IMG/VR virus record: IMGVR_UViG_3300006086_000002
DNA: 39,293 bases
Source: a virus
Strand: one strand, 5' to 3'
The stretch's first letter is position 1, and each line of letters begins with the position of its first letter. Shown piece after piece: positions 38,996 through 39,293 of this stretch. A program made the position numbers and the translations under genes. Under the pieces are notes generated by a model. That model did no database searches and was not told the DNA's origin. It saw only the letters and a program-made list of their open reading frames with translations.

Positions 38996-39293
38996 ATGCC
39001 TAGCACCACCATACAAAGAGGGAACGCGCTGTTTGACACGCTCATCGCCCCTACTATCACTTGGTCTGGTTCGGTGGGCGCTACGTCTACCGCTGAACTG
39101 ACTGCGACCATCCCTGGATTTCAGGTGGGCGATGTTATCTCTGGAACGTCTATTGGTGCTGCGCTGACGACTGGGCTTTCGTATACCAACTGGCGCGTGT
39201 CGGCACCTAACACGATTGCTGTTACCTGGGTGAACACGACGGCTGGCGCTCTTACCCCGCAATCCGGTCCTTGGAATATCGAGGTGATGCGCC
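38996..39293 (+). CDS. 5' part of a small virion-module protein; continues at 1..148 across the circular junction (111 aa in total)
   Basis: ATG at 38996 after the terminator. The product begins MPSTTIQRGNALFDTLIAPTITWSGSVGATSTAELTATIPGFQVGD... and is a tandem paralog of 151..513. Confidence 0.6.
   Translation, partial: MPSTTIQRGNALFDTLIAPTITWSGSVGATSTAELTATIPGFQVGDVISGTSIGAALTTGLSYTNWRVSAPNTIAVTWVNTTAGALTPQSGPWNIEVMR
39184..39293. repeat. Terminal direct repeat, exact copy of 1..110
   Basis: It is identical to 1..110 over 110 nt. Confidence 0.97.

Noticed and set aside
1-39293. A search for an integrase, CI-type repressor, partition genes, tRNAs, CRISPR arrays or IS elements
   Set aside because: I could recognise none by eye. 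The lifestyle (temperate or virulent) cannot be decided from this sequence alone, so I make no claim.

Overview
The window is one complete, circularly closed dsDNA phage genome. Bases 1-110 are identical to 39184-39293, so the unit length is 39,183 bp. The packaging and head module resembles P22: small and large terminase, a P22 gp1-like portal, a scaffold and a P22 gp5-like coat. Adaptor (gp4/gp11-like) and nozzle (gp10-like) proteins follow, then three large putative ejection proteins and two tail fibre/spike genes. The lysis cassette has an embedded Rz/Rz1-type spanin pair, which indicates a Gram-negative host. Coding is very dense, with many ATGA/TAATG start-stop overlaps. There are two transcription blocks. 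The rightward block runs from 27606 across the junction to 20688. The leftward early block runs from 27381 down to 20669. They diverge from a palindromic double -35 promoter at 27556-27599. I saw no integrase, tRNA, CRISPR array or recognisable replicative polymerase or helicase. The most unusual content is listed here.
(1) A clear Ro60/Rsr (TROVE+vWA) ortholog is the first leftward early gene. It is preceded by a ~147-nt leader that folds almost completely into a Y-RNA-like rod.
(2) A three-member promoter/operator family, TTGACA-N2-TGTCAA ... TACTNTTCG, brackets that gene.
(3) A ~470-nt ORF-free structured region contains a strong intrinsic terminator.
(4) A SET-domain methyltransferase fused to an unknown N-terminal domain sits inside the virion module.
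(5) An HNH core ORF with no start codon lies in the -1 frame of a SprT-like gene, across two A-AAA-G motifs.
(6) An 80-aa protein carries an SSB-type DIPF C-terminal tail next to an Erf recombinase.
(7) A GroES homolog and two HNH homing endonucleases in A/T-rich islands are also present.
All functional calls rest on motif and synteny recognition by eye. No database search was run.
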